Part shown: one piece after another, positions 46,601 through 59,698 of the stretch
How the letters are laid out: each line of letters begins with the position of its first letter
How positions within the stretch are numbered: the stretch's first letter is position 1
Origin: Strigamia acuminata
Taxonomy: Eukaryota
Direction: 5' to 3'
Length of the DNA stretch: 64,000 nucleotides
NCBI GenBank assembly: GCA_949358305.1
Contig: OX442314.1
Coordinates: 28,272,001-28,336,000, forward strand
Notes under the pieces: generated by a model
The model's database searches: none
What the model was told of the DNA's origin: nothing
What the model saw: only the letters and a program-made list of their open reading frames with translations
Position numbers and translations under genes: made by a program

Positions 46601-49600
46601 TACCGTTGTTATGTTGTGTTTACCAAATACTCAAAGTGGTGAAAAAAATTTGAAAACTATTTGAATAATGAGTTAGTTGCCACTATTCTTGACAAAAGTG
46701 TTAATTGAAACGTGATAGGTGCATTAATTGACGTGTACACGAATTATACATTACTTCATACTCATGCTGATTACATATTTTATCCCGCAATGGTAGCAGC
46801 CTAAAAAATATTACTGAGGCAACTCCCGTAAATTTCATTGGAGCTGTAACATGATAATGCTCATATTAATATTGTAAGTAAAATTTATATAAAATGACAA
46901 TTTATGTACCGATGTCAGATTGAAAGCACTTTCCAGTTGGCATAGCTATTTTACTCCACGTTACATTAGTTCTTACTCCAGCAGCCTGCGAAAACATTTA
47001 TGATCAACTTTCAGTTAAATTACACACGTTTGTAGATTAAACAATTCTATTTATTATAAAGTGCAACCTGATTTTGAAACCTTCTCTAAAAATTAATTCT
47101 GTTTTGAATAGAAACTGTAACCCACGGTAACCCACTAAGAAAATAACATCCCAGAACAACAGAATTTTCTATTCTACATTCTGCCTAGCACATCCACTTC
47201 ATTAGTATAAATTTTATTTGGTTTATAAACCTTTCGTGATTTGATGATACGTTATGTGTATCATGATTTGCCCACACCTGCGTAGCATTGCGATTTTGAA
47301 GCACGTTTCCGCAATGTTATTCAGATGTGAACCCATCTTTAGCGGAATACTTACCAAAGTAGCAGCGTTCATTGCTATTTTATCCATCACAGGCGTTTGG
47401 AATCGCCACACATCTTCTATTGACGGTTTTTTGTTGTTGATAGTCATGTTCATTAATTTGATAAAATGAATCTCGCATTCATTCTTGCCAATTTCTTTAG
47501 CATATTCCCTCCTTTTCTTAGTCATTACGGATCCATCCATACATGCAATTAAATTGGGTAAATACAATGTGTGATTTTCTTGAATAATTACCACATATCT
47601 TGTCGGCTCACTTATATATAATGTGATTCTTTCTTTGCTCACATAAACTGCCAATATTGCAGAAGTAAATATAAGAATTAAATTCAATGTAGATTGCAGT
47701 AGAAGTTTTTTTTGTGGCCGCTGCACCACACCTTGAGAAACATCTTTCTTTTTGTCGATGACCAAATGCATTTGCTTAATAGTTTTCTTTTTTATGCTCG
47801 CTTTAAGTTGGGCAGGTCTGATGTATTTAGACAAAATGAGAAGAAACATTTGTGCAATTTCAATTAAAGACAGAAGAGAAAATCCCAAAGAGAATCCCAA
47901 ATTGCCTCCAAAATCGATCAATAAGTTCGGAATGGTGTAAATGTAGGTTTCTGTCATTCTGACAAACAATTCTTCCAATACTTTAAGATTGAGACTTATT
48001 AAATCTTTGCCATTTGGTTCATCTTGAAAATCTAATTTAAAACATAATAATTTTGAGAATTATTCATAAACATAGAAGATATTATAGTTTAACTTGTATC
48101 AGAATAGAGTATAAACAAATAAACACTCTGTTCACAAGGTCTCAAGCAACCACATTCATACGATGGCAGTGTAGTCGTTTCATGGATAAATGCTTCCTCA
48201 TACATTTCAGCCACAATTGATTTGTTTGACTCTAAACTGCAATCCATCAAAGTTTTGTTGGACATAAAAGGCAACCTGGTAAAATAAAAATCTATGAGTT
48301 TATCAATATTTAGATGTTGCATGCAATTAGACCTGCATCGTTGAGGAATTTTTTTCCTCACACAATCTTCATAGCATTGGGTTTCCTTTTTCTTATCCGG
48401 TTCACAATAGGGATGTCTCGAAGCTAAAAATTGATACTACCAAAAAACAAATGCAGAATTACTATTGTAGGTGATCCATCAGAATAAACAAGATTGAAAA
48501 GCTGATATCTGATGTACTCAAACTTGTACACTTTTGTGATGCACTATAAATTTCACAATATCTACAAATACAACAGCTTACACTTCGAATAAAAAATTGA
48601 ATTTCAGATTCAATTCCTGACATCACCATGAAAGTGTATTGGTAAGACATGACGCTAACTATCGTTGTCGCCTAATATTCAATTGTGTAAAAATAAAAGT
48701 ATAAGTTACAAACTCCAATAAAATAGTAAAAGATGAGATTCTTACCGTAATCTGTGGCTTGACACAGTTGGTTCTATTCGTTTTAAGGAGCATGTGTGAT
48801 TTCATATTTAGTGCTAATTTTTTATCTATAAATTTAGCCAAAAATATTAAAACCTCAAAATTATTTTATTTTGTTTTTATTTCTAACCAGAAGTTAAGAC
48901 CAAAGATCGTCCACTGACATCATTTCGATAGCTTAGTGAAATTTCTGTGTTATCCTTTCTAGAAATTCCTTCTTTAATTGTTGTTTCATGCAATACAGTT
49001 TTGCCCTGAAAAGTTGTACAATTACAGATGTAATTCAGCAGATTACTTATTGTGACCCCAAATGTCCTTTTTTTGGAATATGTTGAGAATAAGAAATTAA
49101 AGATTTAATTTGTTTGATGTGTTAAATGAATTGTTTTAAAGTCCCTTTAATTATTTGGAAATGCTGGAAGTGACTAATTTGAAGAATCTATTTATTTTAG
49201 TGTTTCTAACAAGTTATTGGATCTTTTCATTGTATAATAGTATTTAAAATAATTTATATTTGTTCTGCACCTGTTGGGCTTTTGACAAATTTGCACAAAA
49301 GCCGTTGCCACTGCCCTGGTAATTTCAGCTCTGGATTGGGGGGTTGCTGGGGCAAAACCCCAAATTGCAACGTTTCTAGGGCCAAAGCGTGCCGGGGCAC
49401 ACGCCACGCATGCGCACTGGCCGATTTTCCGGCCCAACTTGGAGCAATAAATCCGTTTATTGCTCACTCTTTGCATCTTCCTCACACCGTTCACATCAAC
49501 ACTGCTTTGTTCCAACTAAAACACTGTTTAGTCCGTGACAAGTGAATTTGCCAAGTTTCATCTTGATTTGTCTGAACAAACGTTCAGACGAATCCTTCCC

Positions 49601-50898
49601 GGACGCCGAAGACGAAGCGCAACGGACCGAACACTCGTTGTTTCCGCCGCCGCCTGAAGACAGACGTGCCAACGCCGTCGGAGACCGACGCCAGCCAAAC
49701 CGCCGAGCGAAGCAGAGCTAACGCCGCCGACGCTCGACCTGCCAACGACGGTAATTTACCGAGAAGAAGCGGACTTGAAAACCGGATTCGACAGTGCGAA
49801 CCACGCCAGTTGGATTCGTCAGTTTTCAACGGAGAATTTCCCAGTTTCGACTTGAGGGTTCACACCTCGTATTCTCCACTTCACCCTAGCTATCTAGCTG
49901 GCCACGATTCTGGCTCCGCAGCCGATTCAACCCGCGAAGTCTCACGATTTCGCACCCGTTTGTGCATTTGCACCAATTTTCATGGCAATCCGTTGCCGCC
50001 ATTTTCCAAACTTATTGTTTCCGCGCGCGCGAACAATTCCCTTGTTTTCACCCCTAGACCCCTAGACATAAAAGTAACAGCCAAACCCGATACAAAACCT
50101 AACCATAGCATTCAACAGCTTCCACAAGATGAATACCGGGACCTAATGCATTGTTTTACACAAGAGAGGTCATTTGTTGCTACTCTCTAACAGAGGAGCA
50201 ACTCTTTATTGTTTCTTTCCCTGGCGAACCCTTGCTAAAGGAAAAATATGGAATTTGCATGAAGACATCAGTGACTGTATTGGTAGCAATATAACCCTAA
50301 CTTTTATCATTACAAACTAACAATTACATGAACCATGTGGTGACAATACATAATATCAACATAATATCCCATCCAGTATTAAGAAAATAATAGGATTAAA
50401 TACCTGTCTTATCTTGACATGCTGTAAATTGCTTGAAATGTTGCTTTTTAACCAAAAATCTGTATAATTTTCAATTTTGACTGCTGCAGAAATCATTCCT
50501 CTCAGTGGCAAAATACAAACGTGTAATCTTTCAAGCATGCCTACCACTGAAGAATCTTCTTCCATTTTTTCCCAGTATTCGTACAAAGATCCGGTATCGA
50601 GTCCAAAGAACCTCATTTCTGGGAACTTCATTTCACCTATTGGAACATATTCAATTTCAACTTTGAAATGTCCATCAAAGTAAAATTGGATTCTTTCTAT
50701 TGTCTGGTAACAACAAATGGTGCCACAAACGATCAAAACAACGAACCAAACTGCCCGGACCAAACTTCTCTTTTCTTTGTTGAAAACATTATCAATAAAC
50801 TTCAAACTATCATTGCCTGACAGTGAAGTTTGCATTTCTTGCCGTACAAAACGACGAATATGGCTTCGGCGAAGCCTGAGAGCTTTCACCACAGTCAT
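43639..50898 (-). CDS. Double-domain DEG/ENaC-like channel, paralog C (11 exons, about 867 aa)
   Basis: Exons 50898-50404, 49005-48888, 48825-48746, 48671-48582, 48436-48094, 48031-47355, 46985-46910, 46843-46755, 46457-46356, 46298-46192, 44065-43639; lengths 495/118/80/90/343/677/76/89/102/107/427, identical to copy B. All introns GT-AG; same two TM1/thumb/TM2 sets. Confidence 0.88.
44291..45829 (+). mobile_element. Complete Tc1-family transposon with about 200-bp IR/DR-type TIRs in intron 10 of paralog C
   Basis: ta|cactccaggtcaaa ... tttgacctggagtg|ta; inner and outer GTCAAAT(T/C)TTTTTGACCA repeats in each TIR; empty site aatggtgta|agccagtgc at 5432-5449. Confidence 0.95.
44583..45578 (+). 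CDS. Tc1-like transposase, DD34E (331 aa)
   Basis: N-terminal HTH-like region, IFTDE, FQQDNCPIH, WPACSPDLNPMEN; 34 residues counted between the second D and the E. Confidence 0.95.
   Translation: MYSMTIITKVRELVATGKSYHKLAQDMSIPYTTVRYMCSNAYNRRKKKCGPKKKLNCHDKLRLKRELRQLQAAKKRVTAPKLKKTLELPVRVRTLHRELKAQGFCYTIVQKKLPLSDKHKLKRLEIVKAWIHRNHPWTSAIFTDEKRFPFDGPDNFGSYIDGNSSIPLRKKRQQGGGSIMVWGMMQPNGILYLDRLHGRVNSLQYIQLLATSVLPFLLTQFGKELFWFQQDNCPIHTSKATMKWFGQKKVPVLEWPACSPDLNPMENVWHLLSNIVYDGQQFNNTDNLWNSILDASEKLQIEKTDVLLNLYSTFPHRLTEVLVNKGGETKH
49051..50250. mobile_element. Probable LTR-derived insertion in intron 1 of paralog C
   Basis: Begins TGTGAC where homology to copy B breaks; GC-rich core; TGGCGAACC near the far end. 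No TSD or second terminus established. Confidence 0.4.
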
Positions 50899-50924
50899 TT
50901 TGCATCAAATTCTACTGTGATAAT

Positions 50925-51064
50925 AGAGAGGTTCTGCTAGAGCCGAAACGTCATCACTTTATGTGCTGACGTCATGGGGCGGAGCTAAGTTCCAAGTTGA
51001 GCGCGTGGCCTTGGTCGTTTACAACGTGTGATGGTGGGTCCAGACATCGTTGCAGAACCTCTCG
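50925..51064. mobile_element. 140-bp MITE with AAT duplication just upstream of the paralog C start codon
   Basis: aat|agagaggttctgc ... gcagaacctctcg|aat; absent in copies A (about 540) and B (about 25368). Confidence 0.85.
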
Positions 51065-51838
51065 AATGAGAATGATAACCTCGGACAAACTCGTGTCAAC
51101 GCTTAAACTATAATTTTTCAAACTATAATTTTTAATTATTGTCAACCAAATGTCCTTTGTTAACTGGGCTGGCCATCAGTCATAGAAGACCATGTTAAAA
51201 AATTTGATTTAAAGAATTATTTGTTGTAACAAAACAAATAATTTTATGATACACACTCTAATAAACCCTTGTTCCGATCAATTTTGATCACACTACTCAA
51301 AATTGATGTCCTTATTTAGGCTGCTAAATCGGAAAGCAATTTTTGGACAAACAAAATTTTATTTTGAAATATACTACCATTTTTAAAAATACTTGAAAAA
51401 CATAGCGTGTATTATGGTCACTACAGAGTAAAAAACACAATTTTATTAATTTTAGTGTGCATAACGTGTGTTATAGCGTGTATTACAGACGTATAATTTA
51501 CTCAGTGATCGGTTCTTTATGAAATTTTAATGAATTTTTTTTCTGTCAGAAAAGTTGAAAACAATAATTATACGCTAAAGTTCATGTTTTAATTTTGTCA
51601 CAAACATCGTCGCTAATTATATAGTGCAGGCGCGCTTTATAAATAAATTGCAAAACATTATTAAATATTAAAAAAAATATTTTTAGTATATGTAAATTAA
51701 AAAAATTTCCAATAACTACAACATCGATCTCAACAGTATGCATTCACAGGAAATGTGAAAAAGTGTTTACTGGTAGTATGAACGGTTAGTGAGATATAAA
51801 AAAAAGGCCTGGTTAAATTCAAAAGTTCTATTTAAATA

Positions 51839-52594
51839 CAGGGTTTTTCGTTTAAGACTCCCCAGTCAATTTCCAGAATAAGTATATGCTTTTTTAAAAA
51901 ACCAAGCAGATTATTCTATAGCAAAGTTCGGATGACGAATCCAATGGTGTAATCAAATTTCATGCCAGACATGCAACAATGCACTTTTCATTTGCTAAAT
52001 CGTTAGCTGGTTGTGATAGAGCAAAATTTCCAATTACAAAGTTGTAGAGCACCATCAAATTAGTACTATCCAACTTATCTTAGTCATCTTAAGTTAATTT
52101 TTTTCATTTTAAAATGAAAACAAATCAACTAAAATAAAGCCAGCCATTGTGGCAAAAATTAAATTTCTACTGCAAAAGTACTGAATTTCTTCAATAAATG
52201 TATTCAAATTTGCATTATTATGCAAGTAAACAAGAAAAACCACTGCATTTTGTTAATGCCTAAATTATTTTATTTTCTAAGAATAAAAGTTTTCAATTTG
52301 CTGATGTTTTCTTTTTTTTTTAAAAAAAAAAAACAGTTTACTTAACTTAACTAAGATAAGTTGGATAGTACTAATTTTATGATTCTCTACAACTTTGTAA
52401 TCGAAAATTTTGCTCTATCTCGACCAGCTAATGAGTTAGCGAATGAAAAGTGCATTGTTGCATGTCTGGCATGAAATTTGATTACACCATTGGATTCGTA
52501 ATCCCTACTTTGCTGTAGGATAGTCTGCTTGGTTTTTTAAAAAAGCATATACTTATTCTGGAAATTGACTGGGGAGTCTTAAACGAAACACCCT
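51839..52594. mobile_element. Intact Tc1/mariner-type MITE (same family as 8326-10108)
   Basis: ta|cagggtttttcgtttaagactcc ... ggagtcttaaacgaaacaccctg|ta; empty site tttaaatatatttaag at about 26141-26156. Confidence 0.9.
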
Positions 52595-52684
52595 GTATAT
52601 TTAAGATTTCTGTTTTAACTAATAGTTGTGATTTGCAGACCATTTGATAAACTAGAATTATGTAACATGAAAATTTTGCTAACT

Positions 52685-53404
52685 AATGGCTTGGGGATGG
52701 TTTCCCATGTGGGTATCAGTCCGAATCATCAAATTAAGGGTTTCATGGGCCAATATACTTATAAAAAAGTATTAGAGGATTGTTATGCTTCCATTTGCAG
52801 ATGATAAACTGTCTTTGACATGAATATTTCAGCAGGATAATGATCCTAAGCATAAAGTCATGTCGGTTACTCAGTGGTTACAAACCCATCACATTTAGGT
52901 TTTGACTTGGCCTGCACAATCGCCAGATCTAAATCCTACAGAAACAGCGTGGAATGATGTTGAGAAAGCAGTAAAAAATGCAAAACCTGCAAATTTGTTG
53001 GGATTATTTGACATTATCGAGGGGAAATGAGAAAACATTCCTCTCGAACGCTGTATTCGTTTAGTTCACTCAATGCCTCGTAGGTGTGCTACGGTCATAC
53101 AAAATGTTAGTTATCCAAAATAATATTGAATAGATTATTCAAATAAACAATGAATTTCTGAAGAAACAAGTTTTTTATGTGCTTTTTTGAATGTTGTGCT
53201 AAACTTTTGTGCAGCAACAATTTGTACACAAACACTAAAAATTACTATTGATAATTACAATATTGTATGATTTGTTTAAATGTTTTTGCATTTTCTAAAA
53301 GCAGAATTTAATGCCAAATTCATATTTTGTATCAGAAAGACTTTTTGTCAAAACACAAAAAAGTGCAAATGACAGTAGTAATGCTAAACTTTTGGCCACC
53401 TCTG
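52685..53404 (+). mobile_element. Paralogous copy of the decayed Tc1 remnant
   Basis: Colinear with 26230-26951, with additional stops. Confidence 0.8.
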
Positions 53405-54379
53405 TAAATTCACTGCTTAGCTAAAAACTTACTTCGCGATGTGATAAGTGATGATTAACTGTTGTCCGCCATCTTCACAAGTGTTTTTCTTCCGTTTTTG
53501 ATCTACTAATTGCTTGAAATAGCTCCATTCACAACACTCATTACGAGTTTGCTCGATTTTCTGCGCTGTTCATATTTAAAATTAAAATTAAAATTATTTT
53601 TGAACTTTTAAATTCCGTTTATCAAATTTTATGATGTAATTTTACCTGGAGAATCGTTTCTGGGTGTTAATCTTGAGTCTTGAGTTTTGACCTCTCATTC
53701 CTTTATTTTCAGCCGTGTTTAGAGAATAATCGTTCGAGCTTTCAAACCAAGGCAACCATTGCTTTTTCGATGACGTCACTTCTGCAAAGAGTTATAAATA
53801 TTTATTGATTATAAGAATTTCAATGCTGAATAAGATTAATTAATTAATTCTAAATATATTTATGACAATCTTTGCTCTCTAATGTGTATAATTCAAAATT
53901 TTATCATTTAACTTGAGAAATAACGAAATATAAGCTCTGTGATTGGCTGATTTTTTTATTTGACTAACAAGTAAGCGACTGGAACAACCTTCATTTTTTC
54001 GGTTTCTGGAAGTGCTGAATTGTAATTTAAATATATTCATAGTGTTTTAGAAGTGATTAGGACCTGAAATCTCTATTTTTTTTAATGATTATTCTCGCAG
54101 CCGGATTTATAACGGCTGTCTCGATGCTTGCGCGGATACAGCCATACAGCCTACTCGTAAATTCGTGTGGTAGCAAGATTGCTAGAGAAGTATCAAATAT
54201 ACTTACACAACTGTATCGTCTATCGCTCCAATTTGGTTCAAAGTTGGCCTGATGGTTGAAGTTTTGCTATGTTCTGTTGTATAGTTTGGTAAGTTCTCTT
54301 GTCCAAAGGTGGGAAATCCCCAAGGTTTATACAGTGGGGCCATGTGACTGCTCGGGGTGCCCACCTGCCCTTCCAGGAG

Positions 54380-54705
54380 TTCAATTTTAATTTGATAAAA
54401 CTTAATTTAACATTAAATTTTAATTTGATAAAACTTAATTTAACATTAAATTTTAATTTGATAAAACTTAATTTAACATTAAATTTTAATTTGATAAAAT
54501 TTTATGCAATATTCAATTTGATAAAATTTTATGCAATATTCAATTTTAATTTGATAAAATTTAATTTAATATTCAATTTTAATTTGATAAAATTTAATTT
54601 AATATTCAATTTTAATTTGATAAAATTTAATTTAATATTCAATTTTAATTTGATAAAATTTAATTTAATATTCAATTTTTATTTGATAAAATTTAATTTT
54701 AATTC
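54380..54705. repeat. AT-rich 33-bp minisatellite (paralog of 41922-42200)
   Basis: Repeated aatttgataaaatttaatttaatattcaatttt units. Confidence 0.9.
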
Positions 54706-55122
54706 AGCGTTTTTATGTTCAGCCAGTGGCTACAGCAACAATGCCTTTGAAAACTGTCACCAGGGAAATCGGAGTTGCATTAGGCGCCTACTGTAGTTGA
54801 AGGGTCTGACTAGGGTCGTAGTAGGGCAGGGGCAAAAGGTATGGAGGGAACTGACCCAGTTTGCAGTAAAGCAGGGGCAGAGGGGAAATAGGGCACATCG
54901 GATGCCAAAATTTCAAAAATTTGTCAAATTTCATTGAAATTTTGTACAAGATTTTCAAATATTGCTGAAAATTTATAAACGCTGGCAACACCACAACCCT
55001 TTTTGATGTCTTTCAGTTTATAGAAACGGTAAAAACTGTGTGGTGATCTCGATTTATTTCCTCGATGTTTTAAATAAATTTCACCACTAAAAATTATATT
55101 GTGTATTATTTTATTTCACATT

Positions 55123-56966
55123 AGAGGTTTTGCGATTGCACTTTTTTCAAACTTATAACTTATAACTTATAGCTATAAAAGTAAAAATCAACTTATAGAT
55201 TTGATCTATAAGTTGCCCTATACGTTGTCCTATACGTATAGTACGGGTTACAATAACTGGCGCTTATTCATTTCGCACTTATTCATTTCCCGCCAATTCA
55301 ATTGGGCATGCTTGATTTCCGCGCTTAGGCGATTTTTAAAATTGATTAAGCGCGGAATGGTGTATTTATTTCATTTCGTGCTCAGGTAGCTTTTAAACTT
55401 GATTAAGCGCGGAATGGTGTATTTATTTCATTTCGCGCTCAGGCAACTTTAGAAATTGCCTGAGCAATGAAAAAAGTGTATCAAATAATGACGTATTGCA
55501 TCTCGAGGTTCATCTAATTAAATAAGAATCATCAGAAGACAGGGTTTAAAATAAAAATGTGGAATTTTAAGTTACCTTGCTCAAAACACGTACGCACAGT
55601 TTTGTAAACAGGACAAATATAATTTAGATCTCTTTCATTGGAAACCTTAAAAATATAATTTTATTTATACATAAACTTCGAATGAGATTGATCTTACTTT
55701 ATGAATGCTTTTTTGAGTGAGATTAAAACAAAATATTAGCCAAAAACGTAACCAAAACTGCCACCCCTAAATATTAGCTTGAATTAATGGGCGAGAAGAG
55801 ATGGAATAAATTGCATTTTACTTTGTGCTTGATAGGAGTGTAGGCTTTGAATTCACCATCGCTCTCGCTGGTTTTACTGGATTTACCTGATTTACTCGAC
55901 CCGGTAATGCATTCTATGACCGAATCGTGTGAAACGATTTTGTTCGCAGGAGCATCTTTTTTTAGTAGCTTGGTCACAAGAAAAACAACAAATTAAAAAC
56001 TTGTATTGTTTTTGTATTCCGCGCTTATTCAGTTCGAACTTTTGTCCCAATTTCGCGCTTATTCAGTCTGAATTATTTCCCAATTTAGCGCTTATTCAGT
56101 CTGAATTATTTCCCAATTTCGCGCTTATTCAGTTTGAAATTATTTATCAATTTCGCGCTTATTCAGTTAACAATGTATACATTTCGCGCTTATCCAACAA
56201 TTGACTTGAACATTTCGCGCTTATTCATTTCGCGCCAGTTCAATTTACTGAAAACGGGTTTGTGCAAAAAAAATTATTCCGCGCTAATTCATTTCGCGCC
56301 AGTTATGAAACCCCGTATAGTACGTATAGGCCACGCATGCGCATTGGTCAACAATTGGTCAAAACCAGGCGCCATTTTGTTTAGCGATAGATCGCACAGA
56401 CACAAGGTGGGTTCAATGATAAAAACTTGATTACAAAATCGCTTTTTAACTGTGAACAAGTTAAAAACCGATTTTATAATCAAGTTTTTGATTATCTTGA
56501 GCACAAATCGGCTGCATTTGATCGCGCAAATGCGGGCGAACGTCGCCCGCATTCGATCGCGGAAATGCGGCCGAACTTCGCCCGCATTCGATCGCGCAAA
56601 TGTGGCCGAATATCGGCCGCATTTGATCGCGGAAATGCGGCCAAACTTTGCCCGCATTCGATCGAGGAAATGCCGTCGAACATTGCTTAGAAAAATAAAA
56701 ATAAATAAATGGATAAAAGAAAAGAATTAAAAAATTAGAAACAGTTTAACATATCATTTTTAGTTTTTGTGTTTATAAGTTATATGTTACAAAAAAATTC
56801 AATCGCAAAATGAATGAACTTATAACTTATAAATTATAACTTATAAATTATAACTTATAACTTATAAATTATAACTTATAACTTATAAATTATAACTTAT
56901 AACTTATAGGTCATGAATCTATAAGTTATAAGTTACACTTTTAAGAAGTGCAATCGCAAAACCTCT
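55123..56966. mobile_element. Non-autonomous DNA element with 3-bp ATT duplication and internal tandem repeats
   Basis: att|agaggttttgcgattgcactt ... aagtgcaatcgcaaaacctct|att; (TTATAAC/A)n subterminal arrays (e.g. 56818-56907); CGATCGCG-rich repeats at about 56505-56685. Confidence 0.8.
55245..56314. mobile_element. Nested Mutator-like MITE with 9-bp target duplication
   Basis: GTATAGTAC on both sides; imperfect TIR gggttacaataactggcgc / gcgccagttatgaaacccc; many TTCGCGCTTATTCA motifs. Confidence 0.75.
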
Positions 56967-57645
56967 ATTAGTGTGCCAAACTATGTCACGTGACTTGGGG
57001 GAGAATACTCCCTGAGCAGATTTCACCCCAAATTGGCTGGGGTGAACGGTAATTAACCGTTTTGGTGCAACAGATTCCTTTGTTGCACCAAATGGAGTTA
57101 ATTGCTCAGAGTTTCTGTGCAACTCAGAAGTTGGAACCCCAATTTTGGCACACTCTTGAATATACACTAAAACTAACAACACCTTGTCACTGCTACGCTC
57201 CAGAATCTCGCTGGTATTGATTGTGTTACAGTTCGTGTATTTTGAGACCTCTGCTTGCTTTGCCCATTGTGCAAAGCTAGCACCCGTTTGCGCCTTGCGT
57301 GAATTAGCAACCGCTAATTTACGCCTTTGAGAAGAAGTTAAGACTCCTCGTGAACCACCGCCATCGTGAGTGCGCGAACGCTCACCATCGTCATCGTACG
57401 AGAATTCCTTGCTCGCCGTCAACCATCGCCGTCGCAGGAGCCACCGAGAGCCACTCCGGAGTTCCCGCCACCGCCATCGTACAGTGAGTTAACGTGGAAG
57501 AAGACGAAGCCATTCCAACAACGAGCCATTGTTGTACACCCGTCGCATGTTGCATGTACCTGCTGTTACACGCCATTTGCCATTCTTTCATATTTCATTA
57601 TTCCGCGACACAGTCACATTTCATTATTTATTATATCCATTGTAT

Positions 57646-58260
57646 AAATTACCATTGATTTCCCATCCAAGCATGACCGCCAATGCCAAAATCGTTCGAA
57701 TTGTTTCGATTCCTGCCACTGGTGAATATGTGTCGGTGTAATCTTCGCCATATCTCTGGGTAAATCCTTTTGCCCTCTGGTAAGTCTGTAATTTCCCAGG
57801 TGTTGGTCTTTTTCAAACTTCCTAGTTCACTTGCAATTGCTTCTTTCCATTTTTCGGATTCTTTGCTGCTAATTGCTTCGTTGTACGTCCTGATTCCTCG
57901 TTTCCGCAAAGTAACGTGCTAGCTGCTATTTCGTCGATTTTCTCATCCGATGAATCTTCATCAGCATCTTGTGGTTGAGCTTTGCTGCTACGCAACTTCA
58001 TTTGCGTTGGCTCATAAACCTTTTTGACCGCTTCTTCCTTTGTCGGACGTCCACGCCTTTTCTTCGCAACTTCCGGTCCCGGTTTTGCTACTTCTTCATC
58101 ATTCTTCAATTTCTCCCCCTCGAAGAATAGCGTATTGCTGTATTCCGATCCCAATTTGTCCTCTTTGAAGACTGCATCACGTGATGTCAAAATTGTTTGT
58201 TTCTCTGGACACCAAAAATGATAAGTTTTCTCTCCAAGCTTGTATATCCAACACATACGC
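57646..58260 (-). mobile_element. Ty1/Copia pol fragment (integrase C-terminus to start of RT)
   Basis: TYHFWCPEKQTILTSRDAVFKED, TYNEAISS..SEKWKEAIASELGSLKKTNTWEITDLPEG, GFTQRYGEDYTDTYSPVA; frameshifted and internally deleted. Confidence 0.85.
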
Positions 58261-58344
58261 TTTCCAAATCACATTATACAAACATAGCAACTTAAAACTA
58301 ACACAATCTTTAGATATACGGTAACAAATTGTTAAAAATGACTT

Positions 58345-58800
58345 GGTTGGCAATCAGCCATAGAAGACCATGTTAAAAAAAATTTAATTTAAAGAATTAT
58401 TTCTTATAACAAATAATTTTATGGAATACTCTAATCTCCACACCCTTGTTATAATGAATTTTGATAACACGACTCAAAATTGATGTCTTTATTTAGGCTG
58501 CTAAACAGGAAAGCAATTTCTGGACGAACAAAATTTTATTTTGAAAAATACTACTGTTTTGAAAATTATTTGAAAAACATAGCGTGTATTCCAGGTGTAT
58601 AATTTAGTTAGTCATCGGTTGTTTATGAAAATTTTAAGAAATTTTTTTTTCTCTCAGAAAAGTTGTAAATAATAATTATACACTAAAGTTCATGTTTTAA
58701 TTTTGTCACAAACATCGTCGCTAATTATATAGTGTGGCACGCTATGAAAATAAATTGCAAAACATTATTAAATATTCAAAAAATATTTTCAGTATATGTA
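58345..58800. repeat. Orphan copy of the channel-gene upstream flank
   Basis: Colinear with about 51165-51695 and in part 25695-26010; no exon 1 found to its left. Confidence 0.75.
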
Positions 58801-59698
58801 ATCAACAGTTCAAAAATATACAAGAGAGTGGCGGCCTCTTGTAAATCAACTGGTCAAATTGTTCAATTCGTATTCAAGTTCGTAGCAACTTGAAGAATGT
58901 AAAATTTCTCGAGAAAAACTCACGCGGACACACAATTGATGGTTGCAAAAATTACACTAGCTGCATTCAAAATCTAAAATATTTTGTGTTTTACTTCAAT
59001 TTTAAACCAAAAATGACATCATTTCCTGTTTAAACCCATGTTAAAACTTAAAATACATTTAAATTAAAATTGTTATTTTGGTTTTTGAATGCAACTACTG
59101 ATTTTTATTCTCGTGGTTAAAACAAAGAAATAAAAAGAAGAATACAATACTTGTCATTCGAAATCGCCAATGACGTCAATAAAAGGAAGTTACAAAGATC
59201 AATAACTGAAAGTGGGTCAAATTCCAAAAATCAAATATCAAATCCCATTGAATCTCACAAAACACAGATATTTAAATTCAAAACATTAATTATTAATTTC
59301 AACACTAAAATGAATTTATCAAAATCAAAACAAACAACATTATTTTTTTTATCTTTCAAATTCTTAAATTTCACATACGTACAATGTACGCAAGCCGTAC
59401 GTACAATACAGCCAATAACACACACAACACTTCATTTCTTTCTTAATTTCTTCTTAATTATTTTCAGTATGTATTTTAGCTTATGAATTATGTGTGTCCC
59501 ATAAGTGTCATTATTGTGTTAAGTAGAATAATGAAAAGAATTTGATTACAACAGTAATTTCACCGAGTTACGGACGATGTTCAAGTTTTAAAAGATAAAT
59601 TTAACTCGAACTTAAATGTTAGCAATTCAATTCATGAAAAATAGTGAATTTATCAAAATAAAAGAGTAAATAAATTCAATAAGTAGTTTAAGATTAGC

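Noticed and set aside
55990..56690. CRISPR-like repeat arrays (also 59699-59940)
   Set aside because: The repeats are degenerate, lack unique regular spacers, lie within TIR/TSD-bounded MITEs, and there are no cas genes in this eukaryotic context.
56919..57647. ORFs of 167 and 93 aa left of the Copia fragment
   Set aside because: No recognisable domain or splice structure; probably TE debris, but I cannot assign it.
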